Under the pieces are notes generated by a model. That model had not been told where the DNA came from and ran no database searches. It saw only the letters and a list, made by a program, of their open reading frames with translations. Positions 7,837-16,826 of a stretch of 32,000 bases of DNA are shown here, one piece after another. Each line of letters starts with the position of its first letter. Positions within the stretch are counted from its first letter, which is position 1. This stretch comes from Moraxella nasicaprae (lineage in GTDB: Bacteria > Pseudomonadota > Gammaproteobacteria > Pseudomonadales > Moraxellaceae). The stretch is taken from contig NZ_CP089977.1 in assembly GCF_025643275.1 (NCBI RefSeq), forward strand, positions 690,001 through 722,000, in the 5' to 3' direction. A program made the translations under genes and the position numbers.

Positions 7837-8228
7837 AACAGGCATTTTTTTATATTTTATTTTTACATCAAATAATTTATATAAGTATTGAAATTACTTA
7901 TTTTAATTAAGAATATATATAATGATTGTTTTTATTTATCGATATAACCATTAGTTTTATTAAATTGTATATAATTTACCCATCAAATATATAAGAAAAT
8001 CACCTAGAAAAATTAGATAATCCAATGATTGTCATCAAAAATAAATATTATAAATATTTTCTTAATTATAAAAAAATAATAAAATTTTGATAATATCATG
8101 ATAATTGTATATATATTAAGCACTTAGCTCAAAATTTGACCATAGGGGGGTAGAAAGGACTTTTATTTTTGGATAAAAAATTGATGAATGATTTTTAATG
8201 ATTGTGATATAAAATGTATAAAATTTAT

Positions 8229-8255
8229 ACAAAAAAATGGCGAAATTATCGCCAT
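8229..8255 (-). terminator. Rho-independent terminator of truC; the hairpin overlaps the stop codon
   Basis: On the minus strand the stem is ATGGCGA-taatt-TCGCCAT, followed by TTTTTTT. Confidence 0.6.
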
Positions 8256-8977
8256 TGTCGCCAGCCAAATCGCTCCATCACTTGCCCAAATTGCTCATCA
8301 ATGGGGGCGGTGATGCACATCTGATTGCCTGATATAGGATGCTCAAATGATAAAGTGCGTGCGTGTAACAACAATCGCTGCACCCCCAGATTGGCGGTGA
8401 TGGCACGATTTTGGACTTTATCACCATAGGTGGTGTCGCCCACGATTGGGTGAAAGATGTGCTTCATATGCCGCCTAAGCTGGTGCTTGCGTCCTGTGAT
8501 GGGTGTCAGCTGTCCCAACGAATACCGAGAAGTCAAAAAGCGTTGGCATGACACAAAGGGCTGTTCGGTGGTCGCAAGACAACGATAGTCTGTGATGGCA
8601 TCTTGGGCAGGCTTCTCACTACTGGCGAACTTATCGGCTATCTTATCAAGGCGTGGTTTGAGCGGATAATCAATCCGTCCACACTCTGGCAAATGCCCAC
8701 GAAGCACCGCCCAATAGGTTTTTTGTACATCATGACGCTCAAACTGCAACGATAATGTGTGTGCCGTTTGGCTATCCAAAGCCATGAGTAGCACCCCTGA
8801 GGTTGGGCGGTCAAGTCGATGTACGGGATAGACCAGTTGTCCGATTTGGTCTCGCAGGGTTTGCATCACAAAAACACTTTCGTGCTTATCCAGCCAAGAA
8901 CGATGCACCAACATACCCGCAGGCTTGTTGATGGCGACAATGTGTTCGTCTTGATATAAAATAGGCAAGACTGTCAT
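8246..8977 (-). CDS. truC: tRNA pseudouridine(65) synthase TruC (RluA family)
   Basis: 243 aa. ILYQDEHIVAINKPAGMLVHRSWLD, HRLDRPTSGVLLMAL and TGRKHQLRRHMKHIFHPIVGD are colinear with E. coli TruC as I recall it. Confidence 0.85.
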   Translation of the reverse strand: MTVLPILYQDEHIVAINKPAGMLVHRSWLDKHESVFVMQTLRDQIGQLVYPVHRLDRPTSGVLLMALDSQTAHTLSLQFERHDVQKTYWAVLRGHLPECGRIDYPLKPRLDKIADKFASSEKPAQDAITDYRCLATTEQPFVSCQRFLTSRYSLGQLTPITGRKHQLRRHMKHIFHPIVGDTTYGDKVQNRAITANLGVQRLLLHARTLSFEHPISGNQMCITAPIDEQFGQVMERFGWRQWR

Positions 8978-9023
8978 AAACGCACCAAATATAGTAAATT
9001 AAGCTCAAAACACATGATATTAA

Positions 9024-9098
9024 GTTTTCCGTTCGCCCTGAGCCTGTCGAAGGGTAGGAAAACTTTCACCCGCAGGCAAACTCGGGGCGAACGGTTTT
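9024..9098 (+). repeat. Palindromic intergenic repeat (REP/MITE-like), copy 1
   Basis: The arm ttttCCGTTCGCCCtgag...ctcgGGGCGAACGGtttt forms a 10-bp perfect inverted repeat that extends imperfectly. The core cgttcgccctgagcctgtcgaagggtaggaaaac is 27/34 identical to 24058-24091. Confidence 0.7.
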
Positions 9099-9414
9099 GA
9101 TGATTTTTGAAGTTAAATCACTATAATACCTATCTACAAAAAAACCAAGCATAAAAACCACTCGCAACAAACCAACCATCACGGTGGCGATTACTTTTAT
9201 AAAAACTTAGTTTTGCAGAAGATTGATTGATTTAAAAAAATCACCTCATGCAGCCACTCAATCCCATCAATCATCATAATTGACATAATCATCATCAATT
9301 AGGATTGTCTTAATAATATTTTTATGCTACATTAGTGATTATCCACTAAGGGATTAGCATAGCATTTTTTGGCAATCATTACACCAAAAAATCAAGTCAT
9401 CATAAGGAAATCAT

Positions 9415-10212
9415 ATGGCTTTAACAGACAAAACCCCCTACAAATCCTACACCCCAGACGATACAGGTCTCATCAACTGGACCTGTGATGAAAATCATGT
9501 TTGGCATGACCTCATCACTCGTCAGCAACAAAGCATCATCGGCAAAGCTTATCAAGGCTATCTGGACGGGCTAGACACACTTGCCCTACCAACCAAGTGT
9601 GTGCCACAACTGCCTGCATTAGACACCATCTTGCAACAAGCGACAGGTTGGCAAACAGCTGCCGTCCCTGCCTTGATTTCTTTTGGCAAGTTTTTTGACC
9701 TGCTGGCAAATCAACGCTTTCCTGTGGCGACTTTCATTCGCACTCGTGAGGATTTTGACTATATCCAAGAACCTGATATTTTTCATGAGATTGTTGGTCA
9801 CTTGCCACTATTGACACACCCAGAGTTTGCCAATTTTACCCATATTTATGGCAAATTGGGTCAAAAAGCAGACAAAGCGGCACGGGTATTTTTGGCTCGT
9901 TTGTACTGGTTTACGATGGAGTTTGGACTCATCAACACCCAAGATGGACTGCGTATCTATGGTGGTGGTATTCTTAGCTCGCCTGCCGAGACTGATTATG
10001 CGGTCAGCGGTCAGCCTGAATATCGTCCATTTGTGCTTAACGATGTACTACGCACCCCTTATCGCATCGACAAAATCCAGCCGATTTATTATGTCATTGA
10101 TAATCCAGAACAGCTATTTTGTCTGGACGAGCATACATTGATGAACGCTGTCAATCAAGCGATGGAGCAAGGGTTATTTGCCCCGCATCCAAGCCTAATC
10201 GACCCTGTCTAA
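9415..10212 (+). CDS. phhA: Phenylalanine 4-hydroxylase (pterin-dependent aromatic amino-acid hydroxylase)
   Basis: 265 aa with SD AAGGAAA upstream. Iron-binding motif region [13 protein letters not shown], and [13 protein letters not shown]. Confidence 0.9.
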   Translation: MALTDKTPYKSYTPDDTGLINWTCDENHVWHDLITRQQQSIIGKAYQGYLDGLDTLALPTKCVPQLPALDTILQQATGWQTAAVPALISFGKFFDLLANQRFPVATFIRTREDFDYIQEPDIFHEIVGHLPLLTHPEFANFTHIYGKLGQKADKAARVFLARLYWFTMEFGLINTQDGLRIYGGGILSSPAETDYAVSGQPEYRPFVLNDVLRTPYRIDKIQPIYYVIDNPEQLFCLDEHTLMNAVNQAMEQGLFAPHPSLIDPV

Positions 10213-10247
10213 TCTATCAAAAAAAATCATCATCAAGGAGTAAACCG

Positions 10248-10598
10248 ATGAGCGACTTAAAAAATGCCTTTTGTGAAGCCTGTCAAGCAGACGCACCCAA
10301 AGTCACTGACGAAGAACTTGCCGAATTTATGAAACAGCTACCAGATTGGGCGGTTATTTCCGAACCCTTGAAAGACGCTTATGTTTTGCAATTAAAACGA
10401 GTATTTAAATTCAAAAATTTCAAAGAAGCAATGGCATTTAGCAATCGCTTGGCAGAGTTGGCAGAAGCAGAAGGTCATCACCCTGGTATTTTTACCGAAT
10501 GGGGCAAAGTGACTGTCACTTGGTGGTCGCACAGCATCAAAGGCTTGCACAAAAATGACTTTGTGATGGCGGTCAAAACAGACGAATTATTTGCTTAA
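10248..10598 (+). CDS. phhB: Pterin-4a-carbinolamine dehydratase
   Basis: ATG at 10248 preceded by AAGGAG; the track ORF from 10119 is an upstream extension that overlaps phh[25 protein letters not shown] is the PCD signature. It sits directly downstream of phhA. Confidence 0.85.
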   Translation: MSDLKNAFCEACQADAPKVTDEELAEFMKQLPDWAVISEPLKDAYVLQLKRVFKFKNFKEAMAFSNRLAELAEAEGHHPGIFTEWGKVTVTWWSHSIKGLHKNDFVMAVKTDELFA

Positions 10599-10614
10599 TC
10601 TGCTCAATCAAACA

Positions 10615-10640
10615 CGCCCAATCTGATGATGGATTGGGTG
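10615..10640 (+). terminator. Hairpin downstream of phhB; possible terminator, but it lacks a clean T-run
   Basis: 9-bp stem CGCCCAATC-tgatgatg-GATTGGGTG, followed by CAAAAAAA rather than Ts. Confidence 0.25.
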
Positions 10641-10861
10641 CAAAAAAACCCAAGCATCTCTCATCACTAGTATGATGGGGGATTTTTTTATACATCAATT
10701 CTCTTAACATCACAAAAAACGACATATCCCAAACCCATCACAGGACAATGATGAGTTTGGATTTTTCAAATTCATCAAAAAATGGCTTTTGATGAGATTT
10801 TTGGGCAATCTTGTCATGCCTGAACAGCCATTGCATTCGCTCAAATAAAATCAAATCCCAT

Positions 10862-10892
10862 AAAAAACCGCCCTTATCCGAGCGGTTTTTTT
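10862..10892. terminator. Bidirectional A-tract/hairpin/T-tract terminator downstream of the permease gene
   Basis: AAAAAACCGC-ccttatccga-GCGGTTTTTT, located 12 nt beyond the permease stop codon. Confidence 0.5.
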
Positions 10893-10903
10893 ATCCAGTC
10901 CAA

Positions 10904-12136
10904 TCAACCTGTAAACACAGGCACCAGACCAAAATACACACCAAGCTGAGCCAAGATATTGATGACACCAAAAATGATGACAAAATAAATCATGAATGAG
11001 CCACCAAATGCTCGATAATCACTTTGTCCACCATGTTTAATACGGCTGGCACGGGCAAGCATCGCAGGAACAATCACGCCCCACACCGTCAAGGCAAGAC
11101 CTGCAAACGCAATGGCGGTCACAAAGCCAAACGGTGCAATCAGACTGGCAACCAATGGCGGTAAAAAGACCAATGCCACCGTCTTGGTGCGTCCTGCCTT
11201 ATCATTGCCAAATCCCAAAGCATCTGCCAAAAAGTCAAACAAGCCCAATGCCACGCCCAAAAATGAGCTGGTCAATGCCATATAAGCAAATGCTGATAGC
11301 GTCGTACCAATGATACCTGACTTGCCAATCACTGCCAGCAAAGTCGCCACATCGCCATCTTTGGCAATCACAGGCAAAAAGTCTGCTCGTGCCAAATTGC
11401 CCTGCACCACCACCTGCCAAATCAGATAGAACACCAACGCAAGCATAGTACCAATCAAGACCGCTTTGGCAACTTTTTGGTTATCGCCCTCAAAATACTT
11501 AACCATACTTGGTACAGCAATCTGATAGCCAAACGAAGTCAATAGTGTCGATAACGCCACCCAAATATAAGGTGTATAGCTGGTATTGGCGATGGGGTTG
11601 GCGTCAATCAGATGGTCAATCGAAACCGTCCCAGCCAAACCAAATGCCGACACAAAAAAGCTGACAATCATGCCAATCATCAAAATCGTCGCCACTCTAT
11701 CCACAGCACGAGTCGATAGCCAGACAAACACACCAAACAAGCCTGTCAACACCAACGAACCGACTGGCGTACCAACCTCAGCTCCCGTCAAAGTGCTTAG
11801 GTGATTAGCCGTCAGACCGCCACCACTGGTGATGTACGCATACAACAAGATATACATCACAAAGATGAGCGACAAGCTGTTCACGAAGTTCCAGCCTTTG
11901 CCAAGCAGCTCTTTGGTTAGCGTTGATAAGTTTGCCCCACTTGGAAAATGCGTACTGGCTTCCAAAATCATCAAACCTGATGCGTAAGTACACAACCAAG
12001 TATAAAACAACACAGGCAATGACCATAAAAACCACAAACCAGCCGTTGCTGTGGGATTGGCGAGCATACCTGCTCCAATGGCAGTACCAGCGATAATCAT
12101 CGCTCCGCCAAATACTGTTGGTTTTGAATGAGCCAT
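10904..12136 (-). CDS. Aromatic amino-acid permease, HAAAP family (TyrP/Mtr/TnaB-like)
   Basis: The likely start is ATG at 12136 (MAHSKPTVFGGAMIIAGTAIGAGMLANP...); the track start at 12142 is a TTG. The N-terminal IAGTxIGAGMLAxP motif and about 11 hydrophobic segments fit the family. It is convergent with phhAB. Confidence 0.8.
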   Translation of the reverse strand: MAHSKPTVFGGAMIIAGTAIGAGMLANPTATAGLWFLWSLPVLFYTWLCTYASGLMILEASTHFPSGANLSTLTKELLGKGWNFVNSLSLIFVMYILLYAYITSGGGLTANHLSTLTGAEVGTPVGSLVLTGLFGVFVWLSTRAVDRVATILMIGMIVSFFVSAFGLAGTVSIDHLIDANPIANTSYTPYIWVALSTLLTSFGYQIAVPSMVKYFEGDNQKVAKAVLIGTMLALVFYLIWQVVVQGNLARADFLPVIAKDGDVATLLAVIGKSGIIGTTLSAFAYMALTSSFLGVALGLFDFLADALGFGNDKAGRTKTVALVFLPPLVASLIAPFGFVTAIAFAGLALTVWGVIVPAMLARASRIKHGGQSDYRAFGGSFMIYFVIIFGVINILAQLGVYFGLVPVFTG

Positions 12137-12581
12137 ATCCAATATACCTTGTGCTTAATCAAAATGGACAATGGGCGGTAGTATTGACAAGCACGCCCAA
12201 CAAAAAAAACATTCGTGGATAAGACAAACCAAGTCGCCATCATGTCAATCTTCTTGATTTAACCAAAAGCAAACTATCTGGACTTGTCACACTTGATACA
12301 AACCACCGCCAAAATAAAAGTAAAGCACATTGGCTTATTGACACCATTGTACCCACCTGTTTTGCGATTGTATGCCAAATAATCCACAAAAATCAATAGA
12401 AATCTTGGTATAATTTGGATAAATTTATCAATATATCGGTAAATACCATCAATCTGATGGCACTACTGAGTATGTTTTGAGCAATTTTTATCACAAAGAG
12501 GCTTGCCTGAATAGATTTTTTCATCACGATACGCCAAATTATGCTACAATAAAATAAATCCTTCCACATAATACTTATCAT

Positions 12582-13565
12582 ATGATTTATGATATTATCG
12601 GCGACATACACGGACAAGCAGATAAACTCATCGGACTACTTCGCCATCTTGGTTATCAGGACAATGGTCGATTTTGGCAAGCACCACAAGGTCATCAAGC
12701 GATTTTTATCGGAGATTTGATTGACCGTGGACATCGCCAACTTGATACACTAAATATCGTCTTTAATATGATTGATGGCGGTTCGGCATTGGCGGTGATG
12801 GGCAATCATGAATACAACGCCATCGCTTATGCCACACCACACCCAGATGGTGGTTTTTGTCGCCCACACACCGAGCGAAATACAGGACAGCACCAAGCAT
12901 TTTTGGACGAAGTCGGCTTTGGTACAGACCTGCACCACTTTTGGCTAAATAGACTATATCAGCTGCCCTTATGGCTGGATTTGCCAGAAGCTCACATCAT
13001 ACACGCCTGCTATGATGCAGCATCAATGGCTGTGTTACGCCCCATCTTGACCAATAAAAATACCCTAACCCCCCAAGCGGTCATCGCCAGCAGCATGGAC
13101 AATACACCAGAATTTCATGCCCTAGAAAGACTACTCAAAGGCATCGAATGCCCACTACCAGAGGGTGTGCTTTTGACCGATGGGCATGGCATTATCCGTA
13201 CTCGTACTCGCATCAAATGGTGGATTGACGATTGGCAACACCAGCCACTTGCCAAAATCGCTCAGCTTGGCAGTCATGCCAGCATTAATCTGGCTGATGA
13301 CTCGCCTGTTTTGCCCACGCCATGCTCGTTTGCACTCACCACCGACAAGCCAATTTTTATTGGGCATTATTGGCTGGACGGAACGCCTGCTCTGCTTTGT
13401 CATCAGGTGGCTTGTACGGATTATTCGGCAGGCAAAGATGGCTTTTTGACCGCTTATCAATTTGATACTAACAAACCTGCATTAACGAACGCAGGCTTTG
13501 TTCAATACCATCATCATCATGATACTTTGTGTAGATTTGATTCGTTTTTTATGGAAAACAAATAA
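12582..13565 (+). CDS. Metallophosphoesterase (PPP/ApaH-PrpA-like Ser/Thr phosphatase fold) with an uncharacterised C-terminal extension
   Basis: GDIHG (res 7-11), GDLIDRG and GNHE motifs occur in the canonical order. The protein is 327 aa, so about 100 aa lie beyond the catalytic core. Confidence 0.7.
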   Translation: MIYDIIGDIHGQADKLIGLLRHLGYQDNGRFWQAPQGHQAIFIGDLIDRGHRQLDTLNIVFNMIDGGSALAVMGNHEYNAIAYATPHPDGGFCRPHTERNTGQHQAFLDEVGFGTDLHHFWLNRLYQLPLWLDLPEAHIIHACYDAASMAVLRPILTNKNTLTPQAVIASSMDNTPEFHALERLLKGIECPLPEGVLLTDGHGIIRTRTRIKWWIDDWQHQPLAKIAQLGSHASINLADDSPVLPTPCSFALTTDKPIFIGHYWLDGTPALLCHQVACTDYSAGKDGFLTAYQFDTNKPALTNAGFVQYHHHHDTLCRFDSFFMENK

Positions 13566-13574
13566 GGAATAACC

Positions 13575-14111
13575 ATGTCAAACCACCCTCAACCAGCTCC
13601 CATCGCCTCGCCTGCTGGCACGCCAAAAGTCGGCATCATCATGGGCAGCCAGTCTGATTGGGCAACGATGAGTGAAGCTGCCAATCTTTTGGCACAATTT
13701 GGCGTACCCTTTGAATGCGAAGTTGTCTCGGCACATCGCACACCTGACAAGCTCTTTGACTATGCCAAATCCGCCAAAGATAAAGGACTTGCCATCATCA
13801 TCGCAGGGGCAGGAGGGGCAGCCCATCTGCCTGGTATGTGTGCCAGTCAAACCCCCTTGCCTGTGCTGGGCGTGCCTGTCAAATCCAGCACGCTAAGTGG
13901 TTGGGATAGCCTGCTTTCTATCGTGCAGATGCCCAAAGGTGTGGCGGTGGGGACGCTTGCCATTGGCACGGCGGGTGCATTTAACGCTGGACTTTTGGCG
14001 GTGCAAATCCTTTCTTTGCACGATGAGACTTTGGCAGCAAAATTAGACAACTTTCGCCAAACACAGACTGATGGCGTGCTTGCCAATCCAACACCAGGCT
14101 TGATTGGCTGA
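13575..14111 (+). CDS. purE: N5-carboxyaminoimidazole ribonucleotide mutase
   Basis: [35 protein letters not shown]; SD AAGGAA upstream. Confidence 0.92.
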   Translation: MSNHPQPAPIASPAGTPKVGIIMGSQSDWATMSEAANLLAQFGVPFECEVVSAHRTPDKLFDYAKSAKDKGLAIIIAGAGGAAHLPGMCASQTPLPVLGVPVKSSTLSGWDSLLSIVQMPKGVAVGTLAIGTAGAFNAGLLAVQILSLHDETLAAKLDNFRQTQTDGVLANPTPGLIG

Positions 14112-14168
14112 CATTCATCTTGATAGTTAAGATGATTTTTTGATAATTTTTTGGCTAAGGGATTTTTT

Positions 14169-15290
14169 ATGACAACAACCATCAACACCATTGGCATCTT
14201 AGGCGGTGGGCAACTGGGCATGATGCTGGCACAATCCGCCTTAAATTTGGGTCTGCAATGCGTATTTTTGGAAGATGCTGACAATCCGCCAGCGTCTTTT
14301 TATGGCAAAGTATTCAAAAGCAGTCAGCTTGATGAATTCATCAACGCTGCCGATGTATTTACCCTAGAATTTGAAAACACACCTGTCGATACCGCTCAAT
14401 CTTTGGGCGAGATTACCAATAAAGCAGGCATTTATCCACCTGCCATCGCTCTACGCACCACCCAAGACCGCCTACACGAAAAGGCACTATTTAACCAACT
14501 TGACATCGATACCGTGCCTTTTTTGGCGGTCAATGACTTTGATGAATTGCAACACGCCTGTCAGCATCTAGGCTTGCCTTTGGTGCTTAAAACCAGCCGT
14601 GGTGGTTATGACGGTAAAGGTCAGTTTGTCATCAAAAATCAAGCCGACATCCATACCGCTTGGGACGAGCTGGGTCAAGCGTGCCAAACTGCACCGCTGA
14701 TTGCCGAAGGTTTTATCCAGTTTAGCCGTGAAGTCTCCATCATTGCCGTGCGTGGCAAAGATGGACAAATTGGCTACTATCCTTTGGTAGAAAACACCCA
14801 TCATCATGGCATTCTTGCCAAGACCGTTGCTCCTGCACCTGATGCCAACCATCTGACCGAGCAAGCCCAAAACAACATCAAAAAACTCTTGGAGCATTTT
14901 GATTATGTGGGCGTGATGGCACTAGAATTATTCGTCACCGAAACAGGGGTGCTTGCCAACGAAATCGCCCCACGAGTGCATAATTCTGGGCATTGGACGA
15001 TTGAAGGGGCGGTGTGTAGCCAATTTGAAAACCACATCAGGGCGGTGGCAGGTTTACCGCTTGGCGACACCCGTATCGTCAAGCCGTCAGTGATGCTCAA
15101 TGTCATTGGTACCTATCCAGTCATCAAAGACATTTTGGCGGTCGATGGTGTGCATTATCACAGCTATCATAAAGAGGAGCGAGACGGTCGCAAAATCGCT
15201 CACATCACCGTGATGCCAGCAGACAGCAACACATTGGACGAGACGGTCGAAAAAGTGGTGAAACTACTGCCCAATAAACTTGGCATGTAG
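14169..15290 (+). CDS. purK: N5-carboxyaminoimidazole ribonucleotide synthase (ATP-grasp)
   Basis: ATG at 14169 preceded by AAGGGA; the track start at 14151 is a TTG. IGILGGGQLGMML, ATP-grasp body, NEIAPRVHNSGHWT. It follows purE. Confidence 0.88.
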   Translation: MTTTINTIGILGGGQLGMMLAQSALNLGLQCVFLEDADNPPASFYGKVFKSSQLDEFINAADVFTLEFENTPVDTAQSLGEITNKAGIYPPAIALRTTQDRLHEKALFNQLDIDTVPFLAVNDFDELQHACQHLGLPLVLKTSRGGYDGKGQFVIKNQADIHTAWDELGQACQTAPLIAEGFIQFSREVSIIAVRGKDGQIGYYPLVENTHHHGILAKTVAPAPDANHLTEQAQNNIKKLLEHFDYVGVMALELFVTETGVLANEIAPRVHNSGHWTIEGAVCSQFENHIRAVAGLPLGDTRIVKPSVMLNVIGTYPVIKDILAVDGVHYHSYHKEERDGRKIAHITVMPADSNTLDETVEKVVKLLPNKLGM

Positions 15291-15354
15291 GCTGCCGACC
15301 ACAAGGGTTTGTCAAAATGCGTTTTCTTTTAATAATGGGATTTTAATAAGTGGT

Positions 15355-16233
15355 ATGGTGTTTTCTACCACTTGGGCAAATGAAGTTAATCGGCTTGATT
15401 TTATTTATTTTAAGCCAATTAACCAAGCCCAAAGAACCGATTTTGACAATCCTGTCAATATCATCAAATATCACGGCATTTATGACACGACTTATACGCC
15501 AACTTATACAGGATTATTTAAGCCGTATGAGCCATCTGATGAATGGGTGCTGACTTTGGCGGACAATCACGAAAGTCTAAAAATCAGATATGGCAACAAT
15601 ACGGCAGGTAAATTCGCCAATGCCAACATTACGCCCTTAGACAATGGCGACTATATTGTCAGTTATGAAAAAGTGCCTTTAAAGTCCAATCAAAGTCCAT
15701 TAATTATGAAGCATTACATTCAGACATTTGATATTGCGGGAGAATTTTTACGGACAGAAGCTGATGGCAAGCCCAAAACCTTGTTTACCTCCTTTACCAA
15801 TTATCATGCTTTGCCAAAAATATTAAATTTCCCCAAAGGCTCAAAATGCTATCAATGGCAATTACACGAAAGTACGCCAGAGTTTTATGAATTTTCTCGC
15901 AGGGCATCATTTGAGTTATTTAATTTAGACAATAATATGCCAGAATATTGGAGTGATAGAACTCCAAGCGAATATTTGGGCGAAAATAATCAGGTAGCAA
16001 TTTATCCATTGGAAAATGAAGCAGAAATGCTTACTGATTATGAATTGACTTTTTATTTTGACACCATTTATCAAAACAAATACTATTCTGATGGCATTAA
16101 GTTCACTCCCAAAAATGCAATGAAAATTGATGGGCAATCTTGCACCTATTTAAATCCCATTGCGTCTGATTATATTGAAAGCTTATTAAAAACTCATCAA
16201 GATAAGATTATTAAAAAAGACACCACCCAATGA
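15355..16233 (+). CDS. Hypothetical protein, AT-rich orphan. The likely original start is ATG 15317, encoding a signal peptide now out of frame.
   Basis: The frame is open from 15280 (TTG), and the first in-frame ATG is at 15355. An out-of-frame ATG at 15317 encodes MRFLLIMGF*, which joins LISGMVFSTTWA|NE after a -1 shift at TTTT 15341-15344. No family motif recognised. The Tyr/Asn/Phe-rich sequence is visibly lower in G+C than its neighbours. Confidence 0.55.
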   Translation: MVFSTTWANEVNRLDFIYFKPINQAQRTDFDNPVNIIKYHGIYDTTYTPTYTGLFKPYEPSDEWVLTLADNHESLKIRYGNNTAGKFANANITPLDNGDYIVSYEKVPLKSNQSPLIMKHYIQTFDIAGEFLRTEADGKPKTLFTSFTNYHALPKILNFPKGSKCYQWQLHESTPEFYEFSRRASFELFNLDNNMPEYWSDRTPSEYLGENNQVAIYPLENEAEMLTDYELTFYFDTIYQNKYYSDGIKFTPKNAMKIDGQSCTYLNPIASDYIESLLKTHQDKIIKKDTTQ

Positions 16234-16709
16234 TTATCTATGCTGACGCTGACGCTCTACCCACCATCGCCAAAGACCTCATCGTCAAAACTGTGGGTCG
16301 CACGCAAGTTCAAGCGGTTTTTGTGGCAAACAAACCCATCAAGCTACCGCCATCGCCTTATCTACGCATGATGGTCGTGGCACAAGGTTTTGATGTGGCA
16401 GACAACTTTATCGCAACCCAAGTACGCATGGGCGATTTGGTGATTACAAGCGACATTCCTCTTGCTGATGAAGTGCTGGCAAAAGGAGCAAAAGTCTTAA
16501 CGCCACGAGGCGAGGAGTTTACCGCCAGCAACATCAAGGCAAAACTGAATGCCCGTGATTTTATGGAAAGTTTGCGTGGTACAGGCGTCCTAGACCCCAA
16601 TCAAATGGGCGGTCAAAAACCTTATGGCGACAAAGACAAACAAGCCTTTGCCAATGGGCTAAATCGTCTGGTTCGCCCTAATTTATCGCCTAATAACAGC
16701 CCATCTTAA
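16230..16709 (+). CDS. yaiI: YaiI/YqxD family protein (UPF0178, DUF188)
   Basis: IYADADALP...VFVAN...GFDVADNFI...GDLVITSDIPLADEVLAKGAKVLTPRGEEFT is colinear with E. coli YaiI. The start overlaps the upstream stop (ATGA). Confidence 0.8.
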   Translation: MIIYADADALPTIAKDLIVKTVGRTQVQAVFVANKPIKLPPSPYLRMMVVAQGFDVADNFIATQVRMGDLVITSDIPLADEVLAKGAKVLTPRGEEFTASNIKAKLNARDFMESLRGTGVLDPNQMGGQKPYGDKDKQAFANGLNRLVRPNLSPNNSPS

Positions 16710-16826
16710 ATCAGGCAATCCATCTTTTGATGATATAAATCATAAAAAATCATCAAAACTGACGAGCTATTTTTTCAAAATTGGTGCATAATAAGACACC
16801 TATCACAAAAAATCGGTCAAGCCCCT

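Noticed and set aside
8145-8150. A G6 homopolymer upstream of the adhesin could be a phase-variation tract, since poly-G tracts are known to control some Moraxella adhesin genes.
   Set aside because: Six residues is short for efficient slippage, and the tract lies about 440 nt upstream of the ATG, far from any plausible promoter spacer. It is worth a glance in population data but is not supported here.
9390-9404. A possible sigma54 promoter (TGGCA...) upstream of phhA; phhA is sigma54/PhhR-dependent in pseudomonads.
   Set aside because: The GG-N10-GC spacing test fails: the position expected to be GC reads AC. No phhR-like activator gene is in the window.
12330-12350. A TyrR-box-like sequence (TGTACCCACCTGTTTTGC) upstream of the aromatic permease.
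   Set aside because: Only 7 of 12 consensus positions of TGTAAA-N6-TTTACA match, and it lacks the palindromic right half.
12393-12617. A 74-aa minus-strand ORF in the permease/phosphoesterase intergenic region.
   Set aside because: It lies in AT-rich promoter DNA, overlaps the start of the phosphoesterase gene on the opposite strand, and has a low-complexity Ile/Asn/Lys-rich translation. It is probably spurious.
13847-14284. A 145-aa minus-strand ORF spanning the purE-purK junction.
   Set aside because: It is antisense to two strongly supported housekeeping genes and has no motif; it is a typical shadow ORF. The same reasoning applies to 13578-13850 (-), 14568-14897 (-) and 14903-15106 (-).
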